Positions 10,230 to 20,614 of a stretch of DNA of 64,000 nucleotides are shown here, piece by piece. The translations under genes were made by a program, and so were the position numbers. Each line of letters starts with the position of its first letter. Position 1 is the stretch's first letter. Under the pieces are notes generated by a model. That model saw only the letters and a list, made by a program, of their open reading frames with translations, was not told the origin of the DNA and did not search any database. The stretch is from contig JBCDFN010000012.1 of the NCBI GenBank assembly GCA_039177935.1, forward strand, positions 11,001 to 75,000, given 5' to 3'. This stretch comes from Pseudomonadota bacterium (lineage in GTDB: Bacteria > Pseudomonadota > Alphaproteobacteria > Rhizobiales > Methyloligellaceae).

Positions 10230-10751
10230 TTAGAGTTGATAGCGGATCTGGTCCGACCAAAAACGCTGCAGCCGGAACATCGACTTGTTCAGGCTTTCGA
10301 GATCGTCCTGAGCAACGCCGCCCACCTGCTCCAGGGAACCAAGCTGCCGCTCGAACAACCGGTTGATCACGTCAGAGACTTCGCGGCCTTTTTCCGTGAG
10401 GCTGACGCGCACCGAACGACGATCCGTCGTTGAACGCTCGTGATTCACGAAACCCGCCTGCACGAGCTTCTTGAGATTGTAAGAGACGTTCGAGCCGAGA
10501 TAGTAGCCGCGACCTGTCAATTCGCCGGCCGTGACTTCATCATCACCGATATTGTAAAGCAGCAATGCTTGAATACTATTTACATCAGTACGCCCAAGAC
10601 GCTCAAACTCATCTTTGACAACATCCAAAAGCAAACGATGAAGTTGTTCAATCAACTTCAGCGACCCGATGTAAGAAGTCTTGAGGTCTTTTTCCTCTAC
10701 GACGCTCTCGTGAGCGTCCACTTTCATAGCTACATTCATCGCCAACCCCAT
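10230..10751 (-). CDS. ldtR: MarR-family winged-helix regulator, LdtR-like (regulator found next to L,D-transpeptidase genes in Rhizobiales)
   Basis: 173-aa ORF containing TSYIGSLKLIEQLHRLLLDVVKDEFERLG...YYLGSNVSYNLKKLVQAGFVNHERSTTDRRSVRVSLTEKG...RFWSDQIRYQL. This matches the conserved LdtR-type family as I remember it. The true start may be the ATG at 10727 (MKVDAHES). Confidence 0.75.
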   Translation of the reverse strand: MGLAMNVAMKVDAHESVVEEKDLKTSYIGSLKLIEQLHRLLLDVVKDEFERLGRTDVNSIQALLLYNIGDDEVTAGELTGRGYYLGSNVSYNLKKLVQAGFVNHERSTTDRRSVRVSLTEKGREVSDVINRLFERQLGSLEQVGGVAQDDLESLNKSMFRLQRFWSDQIRYQL

Positions 10752-10808
10752 TTAGTTGTTGTTTATCCCCAACTTGACGATGAGTATAGGTGCCTCCCGA
10801 CTAAGATG

Positions 10809-10854
10809 CGCTTAATTGGAACGCTTAAGAGTCGATAAAATTCTAAGCTTAATT
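10809..10854. promoter_or_regulatory. Cluster of GCTTAA motifs and an 8-bp palindrome (TAAGCTTA) in the AT-rich region upstream of ldtR; candidate autoregulatory operator
   Basis: GCTTAATT occurs at 10810 and 10847, CGCTTAAG at 10822, and the palindrome TAAGCTTA at 10844-10851. All lie 60-100 nt upstream of the ldtR start. Confidence 0.3.
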
Positions 10855-10896
10855 CGCGTTGATATTTGCGAAATGACCGTTTGATTCCAACGATTC

Positions 10897-11970
10897 TTAG
10901 AAAATCTGCTTTGGCTCATTAAGCTCGAGTTCACCCTCCACCGGGGTTTCGAAGAGCTTTTCGATATGGGAATCCTGAACCTCGGCAACGGTTTCCGGCG
11001 TCCAACGGGGCGCCCGGCCTTTGCCGGCGATCTTCGCATTGATGCCCTCTTTGAAGTCCGGCATCGTGACGATCTGGGATGCGAGGCGGAACTCCAGCTT
11101 GAGGGCCTCATCCAGTTCCAGAGATTTGCCCCGCAACATCTGCTGCAGCGCGATTTTCAGCGACGTGGGCGATTTCTGACGCAGCGTGCTCGCGGTCTCT
11201 TTGGCCCATGCCTCGTAGGGGCCTTCGGGTTCCGCATCCAGCCGTTCCAGGATTTCCTCGACCGTGGGCGCGGAAAAGATGCGGTTGATCGCGGGCGTTA
11301 GGCGGACAAGCGCGCCTTCGCCGGGGTCCTGGTGCAATCCATCGAGCAAGCGATCGATTGGATGATTGTCCGCCAGTGCGGCCTTGATCACGCCGAAATA
11401 AGCCGATGGAATATAGTGACTTACAAGGCGTAGCCGATGTGCATCCGCAGGACCGATCTCAGCACCCGTAAGGGCCAGATACGTTCCCACCCAGCCATAG
11501 AGGCGCGGGAGGAAGTAAGTTCCGCCAATGTCCGGCAGGAACCCGATCCCGACCTGCGGCATCGCAAAGCGATAACCTTCGCCAGCGATGCAATGGGTTC
11601 CCAGCAGGGAAATGCCAATTCCACCGCCAAAAGCGAGCCCGTTGATGAGCGGGACGTTCGGCCTGATGAATTTCTCCAGGACCCAAACATGGGTATAAGC
11701 AGAACGGTAGAATTCGCGTATCTCGTCAACGGCCGCGTCATGGTTCCATTCGTTCAGGACTTTCAGGTCCCCGCCGCTGCAGAAGACCTTGGGATGGGTA
11801 GACTCCATCACCACGCCGTAGATCTGTGCTGCGGGCTCCCAGCGGCGGTAATTCGCGCTCAAAGCCTCGAACATTTCGCGCGTGAGCGCGTTAAGCCTTG
11901 CGGGCCGGTCGAGCGTCACGACGCCAGCGCGGTCGTGTTCCTCGAAGGTTATGCCAATCGATTCAGACAA
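10897..11970 (-). CDS. Enoyl-CoA hydratase/isomerase family protein, 3-hydroxyisobutyryl-CoA hydrolase-like
   Basis: 357-aa ORF with a TTG start, containing GVVTLDRPARLNALT and FCSGGDLK, and a long C-terminal ECH_2-type extension. Confidence 0.82.
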   Translation of the reverse strand: MSESIGITFEEHDRAGVVTLDRPARLNALTREMFEALSANYRRWEPAAQIYGVVMESTHPKVFCSGGDLKVLNEWNHDAAVDEIREFYRSAYTHVWVLEKFIRPNVPLINGLAFGGGIGISLLGTHCIAGEGYRFAMPQVGIGFLPDIGGTYFLPRLYGWVGTYLALTGAEIGPADAHRLRLVSHYIPSAYFGVIKAALADNHPIDRLLDGLHQDPGEGALVRLTPAINRIFSAPTVEEILERLDAEPEGPYEAWAKETASTLRQKSPTSLKIALQQMLRGKSLELDEALKLEFRLASQIVTMPDFKEGINAKIAGKGRAPRWTPETVAEVQDSHIEKLFETPVEGELELNEPKQIF

Positions 11971-12089
11971 ACGCGTCAGGCCTCAACAGGGGTGGCAGGA
12001 GTTTCAGGGGCGGGTCGTCCAGCGCAGCTACCATTCCAAGCCGCAAACCTCAAGCAGCTGGCATGCTCCATGGTCGATCGAGAGCGCGT

Positions 12090-13448
12090 ATGGGTCTGAG
12101 CGGGAAAAAGCAGCGGCTGCGTGTGTTTGCGGTGGGCGCAGGGTTGACGGGCGTGTTGCTCATCTCCGTATCCCACATGCCGGCCTTCGGTCAGAGTTTT
12201 GGACCCTTCAAGAACCCATTTCGCACGCTCGGCCTGACGCCTCCCGATGCGCAAACGAAACGCAAAGCAGCTCCGAGCAGACCGGCTATACCGACCCTGC
12301 CTTTACGCAAGCCCGCACCGCCTCCAACACCGGCAGAGGTTACTGAGGCGCCGGCAGCGGACCCCGTTCCGGCTGACACAGCAAAGGCCCTGCCAGAACC
12401 TCCGACCCCGCCTTCAGAACCTGCGGCCGCGCCGGCGCAAGCTCTGACCCCAACAGCCGATGTCGCTTCGACACTGCCTAAGTCCCCGGCCGATACGACG
12501 GTGTCTCCACAAGTGCACGACGCTGCTTCGGTGGTCGCCGCGCAGAGCACTGATGGCCCCGCCCCGCATCCCGTCCGCAACCCCGTTCGCGATGGTTCAG
12601 ACGCAACCGCTGCGAAAAACCCAAAGGTCGTTGCCGCGCTTGAGCAATGCGTAAAGCTCCTTGATGGTCTAGCCCTGGCGTATGAGCACCTCGATCCGAT
12701 CCGCCGCGGGCCGTGCGGCACGCCGGCGCCGATCAAGCTGAAGTCGATTGGCAAGTACCCCAAGATCGTTGTGTCGCCACCGGCCACCGTGAACTGCACC
12801 GTCGCTGCGACGTTGCACAAATGGTTCACGACATCCGTGCAACCGACTGCCGAAGCGCTGGGAACGAGCGTCGTTAAGATCAAGAATGCTGCATCGTATA
12901 TGTGCCGCAACCAGTATGGGCGATCGGATACGAAGCTCAGCGAACACGCATTAGCAAACGCGCTGGACATCAAGGCTTTCGTACTCGCGTCAGGGCAGAC
13001 GATCCCAATTCTTGGTAACTGGCCCTACGGCTATCGCCCCACTCGTCCGCGCGTCGCAGAGGCGCCTTGGCCCAATCCATTGCGGGACCATTCCACCTTG
13101 CCGCCGCCAACCTACAGAACACCTGGCCTCAGCGTCCTCAACAAGGAGCTCGACTATCAGGAGTTTACAAAGGAGGCTGACGAGTTTGGAGAGATGGCGA
13201 CGCACCCGTTTTTCAAACCCGTCTTCGCAGCCCCCGCTCAGATACCTGACCCGGCCGATCAAGAACCCGAGGGCCCAGTACCGGAGGGCAATCTCAGCCG
13301 CGCTGAAGCCAAGAGCTTCTTAAAGACGATCCATGGAGATGCCTGCAAGATGTTCTGGACGGTCCTTGGTCCGGAGTCGAATGCAGCCCATCGGGACCAC
13401 TTCCATTTCGACATGCGCAAACGGCGCTACGTCCGCATCTGTCAATAG
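12090..13448 (+). CDS. Secreted extensin-like C-terminal domain protein (predicted LAS-type zinc peptidase) with a Pro/Ala-rich spacer
   Basis: The track ORF 11898..13448 overlaps the divergent gene. The ATG at 12090 gives MGLSGKKQRLRVFAVGAGLTGVLLISVS, which is signal-like. The C-terminal domain contains CGTPAPIKL, SEHALANALDI and HRDHFHFD. Confidence 0.8.
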   Translation: MGLSGKKQRLRVFAVGAGLTGVLLISVSHMPAFGQSFGPFKNPFRTLGLTPPDAQTKRKAAPSRPAIPTLPLRKPAPPPTPAEVTEAPAADPVPADTAKALPEPPTPPSEPAAAPAQALTPTADVASTLPKSPADTTVSPQVHDAASVVAAQSTDGPAPHPVRNPVRDGSDATAAKNPKVVAALEQCVKLLDGLALAYEHLDPIRRGPCGTPAPIKLKSIGKYPKIVVSPPATVNCTVAATLHKWFTTSVQPTAEALGTSVVKIKNAASYMCRNQYGRSDTKLSEHALANALDIKAFVLASGQTIPILGNWPYGYRPTRPRVAEAPWPNPLRDHSTLPPPTYRTPGLSVLNKELDYQEFTKEADEFGEMATHPFFKPVFAAPAQIPDPADQEPEGPVPEGNLSRAEAKSFLKTIHGDACKMFWTVLGPESNAAHRDHFHFDMRKRRYVRICQ

Positions 13449-13565
13449 CCCGGATACGGAGAAAACCTTCGTCACCATGCCTCTAGCGATACCTTGCAGT
13501 TGGATGATAACCTTGCGGCCCCTTAGTGCCTGTAGGGGCCACACTGTTAATTGAGGGATCTGTAA

Positions 13566-14648
<1,083 letters not shown>

Positions 14649-14664
14649 CCCCCGCACTCGACGT

Positions 14665-15303
14665 TTAGTCCGTGACCTTCAAATTTGTGAAGAGCACTGT
14701 TGCCTCGCTCGACTTGTCGAAGTTGTCACCTGATACGCCAAAGCGCCAACTCCCTTTTGGCGCCTGCCCTCTCACCTCGCGCACTTTGGTGCCGTTGATA
14801 TAGAAGCCGAGGCTGTTGCCCTTCGCGTCTACCCGAAGCGTATTCGATGCCCCCGGCGCGGTCTTTATCGCGGTGCTATCAATGTTTGCCGCGATGGTGC
14901 CGACCCACGCTCCGTCTTGTTTGCGGGCAATCCAGTAGCGGCCATTGTTGAGGATTCCGAACTGGTAGTAGGTGCGGTTGTTCTCGCCCCAGAAAAGCAG
15001 TCCCGCACCGAGTATCTGTGGTTTGTCGACGTCCTTGTGTTCACTATGGGGCCAGACCGCTTCGACGCAGACATCGGCGTCCTCCACGGAGAACATAACG
15101 TTAAGGTTCGATTGCATATCGTCGGCGGGTAGCTTGAAGACCAGCGCGCCATCGCCAATGGACACGGCCTTCTTCTGCGACCAGCCACCGGCGTCATCCT
15201 GGAACTTGTCCTCGAAGAGGACTTCGCTGCCTTCACATGCCAGGCTTTGACCGGCACTTGTGAGAACAGCCGCAACGGCGACTGCAACGACCATCCTCAG
15301 CAT
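14665..15303 (-). CDS. Secreted hypothetical protein (beta-rich; possibly a lectin/glucanase-like fold)
   Basis: The internal ATG at 15303 gives MLRMVVAVAVAAVLTSAGQSLAC, a signal peptide. The upstream 33 codons of the track ORF look like an artefact. No family motif recognised with confidence. Confidence 0.6.
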   Translation of the reverse strand: MLRMVVAVAVAAVLTSAGQSLACEGSEVLFEDKFQDDAGGWSQKKAVSIGDGALVFKLPADDMQSNLNVMFSVEDADVCVEAVWPHSEHKDVDKPQILGAGLLFWGENNRTYYQFGILNNGRYWIARKQDGAWVGTIAANIDSTAIKTAPGASNTLRVDAKGNSLGFYINGTKVREVRGQAPKGSWRFGVSGDNFDKSSEATVLFTNLKVTD

Positions 15304-15471
15304 GCGTTGTTCTCTCCCATCTGCTCGGCACGAGCAACGAATCTGCGCATTGCGAATCCTAGGGTGTCGCTCGGCTTGCGGCAACCGAGGTGGTGCCGCC
15401 ACGTCCTCACGTTGCGAAATGCGGACTCAATTCCCATATAATGAGGAGTTTCAAGCATATTTGGAGACCCG

Positions 15472-15981
15472 ATGCCGGACTCAACGACCCCCAGCACCGT
15501 GACATTTCCCGAACAAATGCATGCCTATAATCCGGTGACAGAGCCTCAGCTCTTTAGCGCCGTGATCCGCAAGCGTTGCGTCGCCTTCCTCGTGGACGCG
15601 GTCATGATCGCCGTGCTCACGCTTATTGCGTTTGTCTTCGTGGCGGTTCTTGGAGTCCTGACCTTGGGGCTTGGCTGGCTGCTATTCGGCATGGTTTTTC
15701 CTATCGTTGCCCTCGCTTACAACGCGTTCACAATCGGCGGACCCAAGTCATCGACCATTGGTCAACGCATGATGGGGCTGGCCGTTCCCATGTGGTACGG
15801 CGGCAAGGTTACGCCGCTGATTGCTGCTTTCCACGCGTTACTGTTCTGGTTCTCGCTGACGCTGTTCTTCCCAATCCTGCTGTGGTGTTTCTTCGATTCC
15901 CGGAAACGCTGCTTGCACGACATCCTGGCCGGCGTCCTTGTGATCAACAGGCCGACCCCGCGCGAGTCGGTTGCCGTCTGA
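15472..15981 (+). CDS. RDD-family membrane protein
   Basis: 169-aa ORF with three hydrophobic spans and a C-terminal RKRCLHDILAGVLVI motif typical of RDD domains. Confidence 0.72.
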   Translation: MPDSTTPSTVTFPEQMHAYNPVTEPQLFSAVIRKRCVAFLVDAVMIAVLTLIAFVFVAVLGVLTLGLGWLLFGMVFPIVALAYNAFTIGGPKSSTIGQRMMGLAVPMWYGGKVTPLIAAFHALLFWFSLTLFFPILLWCFFDSRKRCLHDILAGVLVINRPTPRESVAV

Positions 15982-16099
15982 CATGGTTGCACAGACCGTT
16001 TATCCAGAGCCTCAGTAGCATTACCATGGTCCCGATTGCGCACGCCGCCGATCCTCGCTTAAGCTGTTCAAGGATGGACGTGGATTCGCTTCCGGTCGG

Positions 16100-16861
16100 G
16101 TGCCCGTGACAGAACACAAGAATAACTTTCCGGAGTTCTATATTACCGCCCCCCAGCCCTGCCCCTATTTGGCAGGCCGGATGGAGCGAAAACTCTTCAC
16201 GCACCTCACCCGCGATAAACCCGGGTTCCTGATCGACAATCTGCTGAAGGGCGGTTTCCGGCGGAGCCAGAATATCGCCTATATGCCGTATTGCGATTCA
16301 TGCTCCGCGTGCGTGCCCGTGCGGCTACTCGTTGATGAATTCGAGCCCAAACGGTCTTTAAGGCGGATCGCACGGGCCAACAGCGACTTGACCGTCTCAC
16401 GCCAGCCCGCGGCCCCTAGCTCGGAGCAATACGCGCTCTTTCGCGACTATATCGAAGCCCGGCATGGCGATGGCGGAATGGCCGAGATGAGCGTTCTCGA
16501 TTTCTCGCTGATGGTCGAAGACAGTGTCGTTGAGACCTTCATCACCGAATACCGGCTCAAGCCCGACCCTGTTACAGGCGAGGCTCCATTAATCGCCGCC
16601 GCGCTTTGCGATCGGCTGAGCGATGGCATTTCGATGGTGTACAGCTTCTTCAACCCGGAATGGGCCCAGCGCAGTCTCGGGACCTATATGATCCTCGAGC
16701 ATGTCGAATACGCCCGCGCACAAGGCTATCCGTATGTCTATCTTGGCTACTGGATCGAGGGGTCGCGGAAGATGCGGTACAAGGAGCGCTTCCAGCCCCA
16801 GGAGCGGCTCACGTCGAGAGGCTGGATCCGCAGCGCTGATTTCGGCGAACCCTCACGCTAG
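16100..16861 (+). CDS. bpt: Arginyl/leucyl-tRNA--protein transferase of the N-end rule pathway (bacterial ATE family)
   Basis: 253-aa ORF with a GTG start, containing [24 protein letters not shown]...[23 protein letters not shown]...[17 protein letters not shown]. Confidence 0.9.
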   Translation: MPVTEHKNNFPEFYITAPQPCPYLAGRMERKLFTHLTRDKPGFLIDNLLKGGFRRSQNIAYMPYCDSCSACVPVRLLVDEFEPKRSLRRIARANSDLTVSRQPAAPSSEQYALFRDYIEARHGDGGMAEMSVLDFSLMVEDSVVETFITEYRLKPDPVTGEAPLIAAALCDRLSDGISMVYSFFNPEWAQRSLGTYMILEHVEYARAQGYPYVYLGYWIEGSRKMRYKERFQPQERLTSRGWIRSADFGEPSR

Positions 16862-19110
16862 AACTTATCGCCGAACTTGCCTGCCTTGGGGAAGCCTCGG
16901 GGTGGCAATCGGCCCGCTGCGGCCCTTGCGCCCCACCAGTCCCTTAAGTCTGTCGAGGCAAGTGTGAAGCTGCGTTTTGCTGCATCGATATAGGTGAGCC
17001 CTTCTTTCTTCGAAAAGGTTTTGGCGTCCGCGAGACCGCCATCGCGATAGCGCTGTAGACGCACGCCTTTGCCGCGCGGCATCTCCGGGAGTTCCAAGAG
17101 CGGAAACAAAAGCAGCTTTCTGTTGTCGCCGATGACCGCGACGCTATCGCCGGATACCGGCGCGCAAACGGCTGCCTCGTCGTCGCCCTTGACGTTCAAA
17201 ACCTGTTTGCCCTTGCGGGTCATTGCGATGACTTCGTCCTCGGCCACCACAAAGCCGTAACCGGCCGTTGAGGCCACCAGCAGCTTGCGGCCGGGCTCAT
17301 GCACGACAAGCTCGACGCAGTCGCCGGCATCCTCAATATCGACCATCAGGCGGAACGGCTCCCCATGGCCGCGCCCGCCCGGAAGCTTGTCCGCGGCCAG
17401 CGAATAGAAGCGCCCGTTCGTTGCGAACAGCAGCAACGTGTCGGTGGTTTGCGCGGGCAAGAGCTTGCTCAACCGGTCGCCATCCTTGAACGAAAGCTTC
17501 GAAGGATCCGTATTGTGGCCCTTAATCGTCCGTATCCACCCTTTATCGGAGAGCACGACGGTGATCGGCTCTTTCTCGATCATAGCCTCGGCTAGAACGT
17601 CCGTGACGTCCTCGGGCGCCTCATCGAATGTGGTACGGCGACGGCCAAGGTCGGTCTTCGGACCAAAGGCCTCCTTGATCTCCTTGATCTCTCCCGCGAT
17701 GTGCTTCCACTGCTTGTCCTCTGACTTCAGCAGTGCTTTCAGCTCTTTTCGCTCCTTGGTGAGTGCGTCGTGCTCGCGGCGGATCTCCATCTCTTCGAGC
17801 TTCCGCAAGGCCCGGAGCCGCATGTTGAGAATGGCTTCGGCCTGAACCTCCGTGAGCTTGAACTCCTTCATCAGGACGGGCTTGGGCTCGTCCTCCTCGC
17901 GCACGATCTGAATGACCCGATCGAGATTGAGGTAGACGACCAAGTAGCCTTCAAGCACCTCTAGCCGATGATCGATCTTCGAGAGCCGGAAGTTGGACCG
18001 GCGGACAAGCACTTCCTGCCTGTGGTCGAGCCACTCGAGTAAGACCTGCCGCAAGCCCAGAACGTTCGGAATCTTGCCCTCGCTCAACACGTTCATGTTT
18101 AGCGAGATGCGCGTCTCAAGTTCGGTCAACTTGAAGAGCGACTCCATGAGAAGCGCAGGGTCGACACTGCGGCTCTTCGGCTCCAGCACGAGCCGAACGT
18201 CTTCCGCCGACTCATCGCGCACATCTGCCAGCAGCGGCAGTTTCTTCGCTTGCAAGAGTTCGGCGATGCGCGAAACGAGGCGGGCCTTTGGGACCTGGTA
18301 AGGAATCTCGGTGACGACGATCTGATAGGTGCCGCGCCCGGCGTCCTCTTTCTCCCAGCGCGCACGCAAGCGGAAAGATCCCCGGCCCGTCTTGTAGGCA
18401 TCGACGATCTGCTCGCGCGGTTCCACGATGATGCCCCCCGTAGGCAAGTCGGGACCCGGCACAAACGAGACAAGCTTGTCCGCCGTGGCATTCGGAAACT
18501 TGATGAGATGGAGGGCGGCGTCGCAGAGTTCGCCCACATTATGCGGTGGGATGTTCGTGGCCATACCAACGGCAATGCCAGCGGCGCCATTGGCCAGCAG
18601 GTTTGGGAAATTGGCCGGGAGCACTGCCGGCTCCATTTCGCGCCCATCGTAATTGGGCCGGAAGTCGACCGTGTCTTCGTCGATGCCTTCCAGGAGCCGC
18701 GCGGCGATATCGGTCAGCCGTGCTTCGGTGTAGCGATCGGCAGCCGGGTTATCCCCATCGATATTGCCGAAGTTCCCCTGCCCGTCGATGAGCGGGTAGC
18801 GCACGGCAAAATCCTGGGCAAGCCGCGCCAGCGCATCATAGATCGCCTGGTTGCCGTGCGGGTGGAAGTTGCCCATCGTGTCGCCAACGATCTTCGCGCA
18901 TTTGCGGAATTCGCCTTGGGGCTGCAGCCGCAATTGCTGCATGGCATAGAGCAGCCGCCGATGGACCGGCTTCAGCCCGTCCCGCACATCCGGGAGCGCC
19001 AGGTGCGTGATCGTGGACAGAGCGTAGGCAAGATAGCGCTCTTCGAGGGCCTCTTTCAGATTGATCGGCTCAATAGGCCCCTGCTCCGGGGGCGTCGCGC
19101 GTTTTCCCAT
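16858..19110 (-). CDS. parC: DNA topoisomerase IV subunit A
   Basis: 750-aa ORF with [19 protein letters not shown] and the catalytic region [10 protein letters not shown]. The length and the lack of a GyrA-box tail fit ParC. The 3' ends of parC and bpt overlap by 4 nt. Confidence 0.92.
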   Translation of the reverse strand: MGKRATPPEQGPIEPINLKEALEERYLAYALSTITHLALPDVRDGLKPVHRRLLYAMQQLRLQPQGEFRKCAKIVGDTMGNFHPHGNQAIYDALARLAQDFAVRYPLIDGQGNFGNIDGDNPAADRYTEARLTDIAARLLEGIDEDTVDFRPNYDGREMEPAVLPANFPNLLANGAAGIAVGMATNIPPHNVGELCDAALHLIKFPNATADKLVSFVPGPDLPTGGIIVEPREQIVDAYKTGRGSFRLRARWEKEDAGRGTYQIVVTEIPYQVPKARLVSRIAELLQAKKLPLLADVRDESAEDVRLVLEPKSRSVDPALLMESLFKLTELETRISLNMNVLSEGKIPNVLGLRQVLLEWLDHRQEVLVRRSNFRLSKIDHRLEVLEGYLVVYLNLDRVIQIVREEDEPKPVLMKEFKLTEVQAEAILNMRLRALRKLEEMEIRREHDALTKERKELKALLKSEDKQWKHIAGEIKEIKEAFGPKTDLGRRRTTFDEAPEDVTDVLAEAMIEKEPITVVLSDKGWIRTIKGHNTDPSKLSFKDGDRLSKLLPAQTTDTLLLFATNGRFYSLAADKLPGGRGHGEPFRLMVDIEDAGDCVELVVHEPGRKLLVASTAGYGFVVAEDEVIAMTRKGKQVLNVKGDDEAAVCAPVSGDSVAVIGDNRKLLLFPLLELPEMPRGKGVRLQRYRDGGLADAKTFSKKEGLTYIDAAKRSFTLASTDLRDWWGARAAAGRLPPRGFPKAGKFGDKF

Positions 19111-19158
19111 ACTTGGCGCTTAACGCATCCGGTGAGTCGCCTCAAGCGCCACCTGGTC

Positions 19159-19890
19159 TCACGCGGCATGCGGGGCGCGGCGCAGGAGATCTAGCAGCCG
19201 TCCCCGGGCGTCGGGGAAGCTGAGCCCGTGCGGCGCGAGGGCGTCCCGCTCCAGGAAAAACCCGGTGAGTTCGAACCCGGCGACGATGTCGGCAGGAGCG
19301 AATGACGCAGCGCTGTCGATGAGGAACTGCGGCAACGGCAGCATCTTGTCGGCATAAGGTGCGCCAGCTTCTCGAGAGACAGCCCGCCCCGATTTCGGTG
19401 AAACATAGACAAGATCGTCCGTCGCGCCGGTCGCGGCGCAAGACGTGAGGTCAAGCCCGAACCCCAGCTCTTGAAGCAGCTGAACCTCCCAATAAACGAG
19501 AAGCGCCGGCCAGATGTCTGGCTCGCCGAACGAGCGAAGAACATGGAGCGTGGTGGCGTAGAGTTCGGGGTGAGGATCGCGCTCGGGCAGCAGCTTAACG
19601 AGTTCGCCGATCATACCAATCGCGGCAAGCGCACGCGGATCATCAAGTGCACGCGCCCCATGGGCCTCCATCAGTTCGACCGTGTAACCGCCGAGATGTT
19701 CGGACAGCCGGGCGCGCCACGTCGCGCGAATGAGATTGCCGGGTTGGAGTGTCGGCCGTATGCGCCGTGACCGTCCACCGCGCACAAGCCCGAGATGGCG
19801 GCCATGTTCAAGCGTGAGCACCTCGGCAATGAGATTGGACTCACCGAGCGGCTTGCCACTCAAGAAAACCCCTTCATCGCTCCAGTCCAT
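19159..19890 (-). CDS. recO: DNA repair protein RecO
   Basis: 243-aa ORF starting MDWSDEGVFLSGKPLGESNLIAEVLTLEHGRHLGLVRGGRSRR. Confidence 0.9.
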   Translation of the reverse strand: MDWSDEGVFLSGKPLGESNLIAEVLTLEHGRHLGLVRGGRSRRIRPTLQPGNLIRATWRARLSEHLGGYTVELMEAHGARALDDPRALAAIGMIGELVKLLPERDPHPELYATTLHVLRSFGEPDIWPALLVYWEVQLLQELGFGLDLTSCAATGATDDLVYVSPKSGRAVSREAGAPYADKMLPLPQFLIDSAASFAPADIVAGFELTGFFLERDALAPHGLSFPDARGRLLDLLRRAPHAA

Positions 19891-20038
19891 CGGCGCTCCA
19901 ACATAGGCGCTACGCTTGGCCTACTACGGTGCTGCCGAGGTCGCGCGGCGTTCGGCGACTCGTAAGTTATCACAACATCATTGGCGGCAAATCAGCGGCG
20001 TGGTCTACGCCTTACGCGCCGGCGTGATTGCTGCTGGA

Positions 20039-20419
20039 TCAGGGCGTGCTCTTGGCGCCTTCGACGAGCTCAACACAGCCCGGCGTTTGCTCCTTGAGTA
20101 GTGCGAGCGTCTCGGCATCGTCTTTCTTGGCGGCCAGTCCCATCGTGGTCGAGATGTCGCCGATCTCCGCTTCCACCTGCTCTTTGGTCTTGGCGTCCCC
20201 GGCCGCTTCGAATGCCATTGCCGTCGCCTTCTCGGTCAAACCCTCCCAATAGCTGGCGGGTTTGTCGCCGCTACTGTTGCCCGTTTCAGCAAGCTCTTTG
20301 TTCACGAAGAGAATTCCGGCGCACTTTGCTTCATCGATCGCCTTATCGGCGGCTAGAGCCACTGTTGCGCTCGTTGCGACTGTCAACGCGAGAAATGCTC
20401 TCAAAAATACGTGCTGCAT
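20039..20419 (-). CDS. Small secreted hypothetical protein
   Basis: The internal ATG at 20419 gives MQHVFLRAFLALTVATSATVALAADK, a signal peptide. The mature part is about 100 aa, Ala/Glu/Lys-rich, with two Cys. Confidence 0.55.
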   Translation of the reverse strand: MQHVFLRAFLALTVATSATVALAADKAIDEAKCAGILFVNKELAETGNSSGDKPASYWEGLTEKATAMAFEAAGDAKTKEQVEAEIGDISTTMGLAAKKDDAETLALLKEQTPGCVELVEGAKSTP

Positions 20420-20614
20420 GTCAGTGCTCTCGATTTTTTGCTTGGTCCAAGACGTGATGCCCCGTGGCGCCCGCCTCTGGCAGCCGCCTGCTAATCGCGC
20501 AAACATTTACCTGGGTTTATGACAAACACGCGACAGGCGCTCTCGGTTTGGCGTCGATCGTCAGTACGGAGGCCTATTGGCATCGCCCAGCTACGAAAAG
20601 GGCGCTCGCTGACC

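Noticed and set aside
12191-12973. 260-aa minus-strand ORF antisense to the extensin-like gene
   Set aside because: It overlaps the Pro-rich region and the catalytic domain of the plus-strand gene. Its Gly/Ala/Ser-rich translation is just the mirror of the Pro/Ala codons.
18250-19194. 314-aa plus-strand ORF antisense to parC
   Set aside because: It is the mirror frame of a strongly supported CDS. The composition (RxxR-rich) and the absence of a family signature indicate a GC-driven artefact.
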